A stretch of DNA of 10,013 bases from positions 1 through 10,013 of the forward strand of contig PMWA01000069.1 of assembly GCA_003166335.1 (NCBI GenBank), read 5' to 3'. Positions 6,001-10,013 of this stretch are shown here, piece after piece. Position 1 is the first letter of the stretch, and each line of letters begins with the position of its first letter. The stretch comes from Methanobacterium sp. Its GTDB lineage: Archaea; Methanobacteriota; Methanobacteria; Methanobacteriales; Methanobacteriaceae. Under the pieces are notes generated by a model. The model was not told the DNA's origin. It searched no databases and saw only the letters and a program-made list of their open reading frames with translations. The position numbers were made by a program, and so were the translations under genes.

Positions 6001-7155
6001 ATGGAAATCGTGCTTTGTGTTACCGGTAGTGTAGCTGCAATAGAAGCAGTTAAATTGGCAAGGGAACTTAGAAGACATAAAATAGAGGTTAAGTGCTTCA
6101 TGAGCGATGATGCATGTGAAATTATCCACCCTAATGCTATGGAGTTCGCCACAGATCAAGAAGTGATATTAGAACTCACAGGTAAAATAGAGCATGTGAA
6201 ATACGCACAAACAGATTTAGTACTGGTAGCACCGGCTACTGCTAATGTAATAAGCAAATTCGCATATAAAATTGCAGATAATCCTATTAATACTCTTTTA
6301 ATTACAGCTTTTGGATATAAAACTCCTATAATATTTGTTCCATCAATGCACTACTCAATGTATCAGGCAATCTTAGAGAATATCCATAAATTGGAAAATG
6401 ACGGAATAAAATTCATAAAGCCGAAAATAGAAGAAAATAAAGCTAAATTCCCAGATATTAACGATATAGTACTTCATGCTTTAAGAGAAACTTCTGATAA
6501 ATCTTTAAAGGGTAAAAAAATTCTAGTTAGTGCTGGAGCAACTTACGAAGCGATAGATCCTGTTCGTGGAATAACTAATAGAAGCTCCGGTAAGACAGGA
6601 GTGGAAATAGCCAGAGAAGCATTCATAAGAGGAGCCGATGTTACAATACTTTGCGGTAGAATGGATGTTCCAGTGCCTCGTATTTTCAAGGTAGTTAAGG
6701 TGGAGTCAACGGAAGAAATGCAAGGCGAACTAAAAAAACTATTAAAAAACCAAGATATTTTCATATCAGCAGCAGCAGTATCTGATTTTATCCCTGAAAA
6801 ATCTGTACAAGAGAATGTAGATAAAATATCATCAGACAATGATTTTATATTAAAACTCAAACGTGCACCTAAAATAATAAATTCTGTGAAGAAAATAAAC
6901 CCTGATATATTCTTAGTAGGTTTTAAAGCGGAATATAATGTATCTGATGAACAATTAATTGATTCTGCCCGTAGAAAGATGAAGGAATCCAGCGCAGATA
7001 TCATGGTAGCTAATGACGTTGCTATTAAAGATGGTGGATTTGGCTCTGATAAAAATGAGATTATTATCATTGATGAAGACGTTTTTAGTGTTCCATTAAC
7101 CTCAAAGAGGGAGATTTCTCAGAGAATTTTGGATAGGGTTATAGAAAAGATTTAA
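6001..7155 (+). CDS. coaBC: Bifunctional phosphopantothenoylcysteine decarboxylase/synthetase (Dfp)
   Basis: HFCD flavoprotein domain: VTGSVAA, EHV, APATANVISK, ADN, PSMH. CoaB domain: GATYEAIDPVRGITNRSSGKTG, AAAVSDF, LVGFKAE, VANDV, GFGSDKN. Confidence 0.96.
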   Translation: MEIVLCVTGSVAAIEAVKLARELRRHKIEVKCFMSDDACEIIHPNAMEFATDQEVILELTGKIEHVKYAQTDLVLVAPATANVISKFAYKIADNPINTLLITAFGYKTPIIFVPSMHYSMYQAILENIHKLENDGIKFIKPKIEENKAKFPDINDIVLHALRETSDKSLKGKKILVSAGATYEAIDPVRGITNRSSGKTGVEIAREAFIRGADVTILCGRMDVPVPRIFKVVKVESTEEMQGELKKLLKNQDIFISAAAVSDFIPEKSVQENVDKISSDNDFILKLKRAPKIINSVKKINPDIFLVGFKAEYNVSDEQLIDSARRKMKESSADIMVANDVAIKDGGFGSDKNEIIIIDEDVFSVPLTSKREISQRILDRVIEKI

Positions 7156-7181
7156 TATTCTTATTTTACCTTTTTCAGCTG

Positions 7182-7209
7182 TTTAGATAAAATTTAAATC
7201 TAAATTTTT
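7182..7209. terminator. Candidate terminator between convergent coaBC and fibrillarin
   Basis: TTTAGAT (7182-7188) / ATCTAAA (7198-7204) stem followed by TTTTT (7205-7209). A further T-rich tract lies at 7158-7175. Confidence 0.4.
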
Positions 7210-7222
7210 AAAAAGAAATACA

Positions 7223-7888
7223 TTAAAATCCGAATTCACATACAAAAGACAAATGATCTTTTTCATAAGGCTCTAGATCAATTTTCTCCATTACGTGAAA
7301 ACCATTAGCCTTTAACTTTGTTTCTTCCTCATGAAAAACTATATCAGAATTTTTAGTAACATTTATACTTCTTGATTTCAACATTAGAATACCTAAACCA
7401 TTTTTTTTTAAAAATAACCTCATATTATCAATGAAAAGCTCTGTCTGTCGAGGTTGGGCTACATCTGAATAAATAATATCAACTTTTTCCACCAGATGGA
7501 TGTAATTTAAAGGTTTAGTGGCATCATCTAAAATAGGAATCATATTAATCCGTAAATCTGATAAATCAACTAAATTCCGCATCATTCGCGGTGAAAACTC
7601 CACACAATAAACTAAACCTTGAGATGCTATGTCAGATATATGGGACGGGGTAGTTCCTGAAGATGCCCCTAAATAGAGAACTTTCGAATCTTTTTTGAAA
7701 GGAAAAATTTTTAAGCCATTTAAAATAGCTGCAGCTAGTTTAGATCTTCGTTGATTCCAAATTCTAAATTCTGACCCATTTATATTAACTAATTTCTCAC
7801 CATAAACATTTAATGTCGGTGTAAGATTTTGAGTAGCTAAATGGTCGTCTATTAAATATACCCTAGGAAACTTTTCTTTTAAATCCAT
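7223..7888 (-). CDS. flpA: Fibrillarin-like rRNA/tRNA 2'-O-methyltransferase
   Basis: Motifs VYGE, RIWNQRRSKLAAAI, SAM-binding VLYLGASSGTTPSHISD, YCVEFSPR, DVAQPRQ, LEPYEKDH. GAGAGG SD on the minus strand (7897-7902). Confidence 0.96.
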   Translation of the reverse strand: MDLKEKFPRVYLIDDHLATQNLTPTLNVYGEKLVNINGSEFRIWNQRRSKLAAAILNGLKIFPFKKDSKVLYLGASSGTTPSHISDIASQGLVYCVEFSPRMMRNLVDLSDLRINMIPILDDATKPLNYIHLVEKVDIIYSDVAQPRQTELFIDNMRLFLKKNGLGILMLKSRSINVTKNSDIVFHEEETKLKANGFHVMEKIDLEPYEKDHLSFVCEFGF

Positions 7889-7965
7889 TTATTTTTCCTC
7901 TCTTTGCACCTTAATTTATAGAATCAATTGAATAATAGTAAAAAATAATAAATAAAATTGAAAAT

Positions 7966-9171
7966 TTAATAATACAAATTAAACTTTTTTTTATATTTAT
8001 CCTTCTTTTTTTTCTTCTTTCTTTTTTGTTTATCTGATTTTAAACTTTTACTTGGCCTTTTAGGGAATGGATTTGCTTTTTTAATATCATTTAATTTAAT
8101 GTTGAAGTTTTCTTCTATAGAATGGTCAACTTCTCCTGAAAAAACATCTTTACGCGCAGCTAAAGATATTTTAGATGCTAAAGCACGCGCGATTTTTCCT
8201 CTAAGCCACCATTTTGCTCCTCTGACTTCGGGATGCTGGTATATGACACCGTGTTTAGGAGGTCTCTCACCCGTCTTTAAATGTCTGAAAAGAGCTTTTT
8301 CAGCACCTAATACTTGAATAGTTCCTGAAGGTAGCATTGCTAGTTTTTTAATTCCACCTACATGTGCTATTAATTTAGCTCCCAGCGATGCACCAGCCAA
8401 ATTTCTGAGGTTAGGTGCCAAGTCTTTCATTTTTTCCTCAACATATACAGTGAGGGATTTTTTTGTTTTTTGTAGATGTTTTAGGGAATCTGCAAATTCC
8501 TTTAACATGGAGATATCTAAATCGCTAATATCGGCTCCAATACTTTTTTCTATCTTTAAATCAGAATCCAGAATTTTTGAATCTATTATGGATTTTTTGT
8601 ATCCATATTCTGCTACTATTTTAGTGTAGAGTTCATTACTTTTTATTTTATTGAGTTCTGGGAAATGGATGGAATACCATTCTCTTAATCTTTCCGCCAG
8701 TTTGCTAGTTATTTCATCCATTTCATCAATGGTGTTTATAGCTTGAATTAGAAGGAGATCCTCAGATTTTAATGCTTCACTCAAACGATATCTGGTGATT
8801 TCTAGGGATGTTTGGTGGATTATAATATTCATTTCTTCTTTTGTTTCTATGAAACCAGTTTTTTGTAGTATATCAACCAGATTAGATCTTAAAAATTCTC
8901 CTCCTTTATTAGGAGTTCTGAATTCAAATTTATGATTATCTTTAAGATTTTGATACTTTGATTGGGGACTGTTAGTTTCTATTATTATTTTATCATAATT
9001 TTTTACTATTCTTTTTAGTATGGATTCTTCTTCTCTAGTTAAAACATCATTTTGGATTTTAGTAAGTCTTTCAGTAAGTTTTCTACTTGGGAAAAGTTCA
9101 TAATCTAAGAGAGTAAAATTTTCATTAAGGATAATGAAACCAGCAAAACACATGCTTAGATAACACTTCAT
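7966..9171 (-). CDS. nop5: Box C/D RNP core protein Nop5 (Nop56/58)
   Basis: Motifs LLIQAI..IDEMD, ERLREWYSIHFPEL, Nop domain APNLRNLAGASLGAKLIAHVGG, QVLGAEKALFRHL..GERPPKHGVIYQHP, RGKIARALASK, and a Lys-rich tail. ATG 9171 (MKCYL) is preferred over 9309, which overlaps pyrD. Confidence 0.95.
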   Translation of the reverse strand: MKCYLSMCFAGFIILNENFTLLDYELFPSRKLTERLTKIQNDVLTREEESILKRIVKNYDKIIIETNSPQSKYQNLKDNHKFEFRTPNKGGEFLRSNLVDILQKTGFIETKEEMNIIIHQTSLEITRYRLSEALKSEDLLLIQAINTIDEMDEITSKLAERLREWYSIHFPELNKIKSNELYTKIVAEYGYKKSIIDSKILDSDLKIEKSIGADISDLDISMLKEFADSLKHLQKTKKSLTVYVEEKMKDLAPNLRNLAGASLGAKLIAHVGGIKKLAMLPSGTIQVLGAEKALFRHLKTGERPPKHGVIYQHPEVRGAKWWLRGKIARALASKISLAARKDVFSGEVDHSIEENFNIKLNDIKKANPFPKRPSKSLKSDKQKRKKKKKKDKYKKKFNLYY

Positions 9172-9194
9172 AGATTTAATGTTATAATCAAGTG

Positions 9195-9210
9195 ATTTAT
9201 AATTTTTCTT
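9195..9210 (-). promoter_or_regulatory. BRE-TATA promoter for nop5-flpA
   Basis: The minus strand reads AAGAAAAA-TTATAAAT, and the box ends 24 nt upstream of the nop5 ATG. Confidence 0.6.
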
Positions 9211-9227
9211 TGGTATAGGTGATTGTG

Positions 9228-10013
9228 GTGCTTGAAACTGAAATTTGCAGATTAAAAATGAGAAATCCCACCATGTTGGCAGCTGGTGTGCTTGGTAATA
9301 CAGCAGCATCGCTTAATTGGGCCTCAAGAAGTGGTGCCGGAGCAGTGGTTACTAAATCATTTAGTGTAGAGCCTAACAAGGGTTATCCCAATCCAACAAC
9401 AGTGGAAGTGACTGGAGGATTCATAAATGCTGTAGGATTATCTAATCCGGGGGTTGAAGCATTTACATTAGAACTGGAAAAACTGGAAAGATCAGTTCCA
9501 GTAGTGGCATCCATCTATGGAGCAAATCCTGAAGAATTTAGAAAATTAGCAACTAAAATTGGGGGAGTAGTGGATATGATAGAGTTAAATGTATCCTGTC
9601 CTCATGCAGTAGGAGGGTGCGGTGCTTCAATTGGTCAGGATCCTGATTTGACTGCAGAAGTAGTTAAAACAGTTAAAAATGTGATTAAAACTCCAATAAG
9701 TGTGAAATTAACTCCTAATGTGACAGATATTGTTGAAATAGCTGTTGCCTCTCAAAAGGCTGGTTGTGACGCTTTAACCTTAATAAACTCTCTGGGACCA
9801 GGCATGCGCATCGATATTGAAACAGCTCATACCATACTACATAACAAATTTGGCGGACTATCTGGTCCTGCAATAAAGCCAATAGCATTAAGATGTGTTT
9901 ATGATGTATATGAAGCTGTAGATGTACCTTTGATAGGGGTTGGCGGGATAAAAGATTATAGTGATTTAGTTGAATTCCTTTTCGCCGGTGCAAGTTGCGT
10001 GCAGATAGGAACT
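9228..10013 (+). CDS. pyrD: Dihydroorotate dehydrogenase, class 1 (probably 1B catalytic subunit), 3'-truncated by the window edge
   Basis: Not in the ORF track. Manual translation from GTG 9228 gives MLETEICRLKMRNPTMLAAG..GAVVTKS..GYPNP..INAVGLSNPG..ELNVSCPH (catalytic Cys)..VKLTPN..LINSL..GGLSGPAIKP..IGVGGI..AGASCVQIGT. SD AGGTGAT at 9217-9223. Alternative start GTG 9225. Confidence 0.96.
   Translation, partial: MLETEICRLKMRNPTMLAAGVLGNTAASLNWASRSGAGAVVTKSFSVEPNKGYPNPTTVEVTGGFINAVGLSNPGVEAFTLELEKLERSVPVVASIYGANPEEFRKLATKIGGVVDMIELNVSCPHAVGGCGASIGQDPDLTAEVVKTVKNVIKTPISVKLTPNVTDIVEIAVASQKAGCDALTLINSLGPGMRIDIETAHTILHNKFGGLSGPAIKPIALRCVYDVYEAVDVPLIGVGGIKDYSDLVEFLFAGASCVQIGT

Noticed and set aside
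6330..6460. CoaC domain has PSMH instead of PAMN and lacks the bacterial ACG clamp cysteine
   Set aside because: As I recall, this is the known archaeal Dfp variant (as in Methanocaldococcus jannaschii), not inactivation or novelty.
5919..7070. Minus-strand ORFs 5919-6152, 5974-6159 and 6543-7070
   Set aside because: All are antisense to the NusA-like gene or coaBC, with S/L/I-rich shadow composition and no motifs.
7984..8030. Long T/C-rich low-complexity run on the plus strand
   Set aside because: It encodes the ordinary Lys-rich C-terminal tail of Nop5 on the minus strand.
8099..8317. 72-aa plus-strand ORF
   Set aside because: Antisense to the conserved Nop domain.
9172..9309. 46-aa N-terminal extension of Nop5 in the ORF track
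   Set aside because: It spans the promoter and overlaps the pyrD 5' end on the opposite strand, and the sequence does not resemble Nop5.
9197..9993. Minus-strand ORFs 9197-9379 and 9715-9993
   Set aside because: Antisense shadows of the clearly recognisable pyrD on the plus strand.

Overview
An AT-rich (roughly 30% GC by eye), gene-dense archaeal chromosomal segment. Protein content, GGAGG/GGTGA Shine-Dalgarno sites and TTATA(T/A)A promoters point to a methanogen, most likely Methanobacterium or a relative. Plus strand: the 3' part of a CBS-domain gene, a second 4xCBS gene, an ATP-dependent Rnl3 (Pab1020/MthRnl-type) RNA ligase, prephenate dehydratase (pheA), a single-pass membrane protein with a T/S/N-rich repeat tail, a PsbP-like lipoprotein, a 460-bp non-coding gap, a zinc-finger/KH NusA-like protein and coaBC. 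Minus strand: nop5 and fibrillarin (box C/D RNP core). A divergent pyrD, missing from the ORF track, runs off the right edge. No mobile element, CRISPR array, tRNA or rRNA was seen. The most striking observation is that the RNA ligase frame is open and in phase with the upstream CBS gene's TGA. The 13 codons before its first ATG supply the missing half of a CxxC-x19-CxxC zinc ribbon, with a strong SD 7 nt before an ATT. This implies a non-canonical start (or TGA readthrough) and a zinc-ribbon-extended Rnl3. Also notable are interleaved divergent nop5/pyrD promoters with an apparently leaderless nop5, and palindromic structure upstream of the NusA-like gene.
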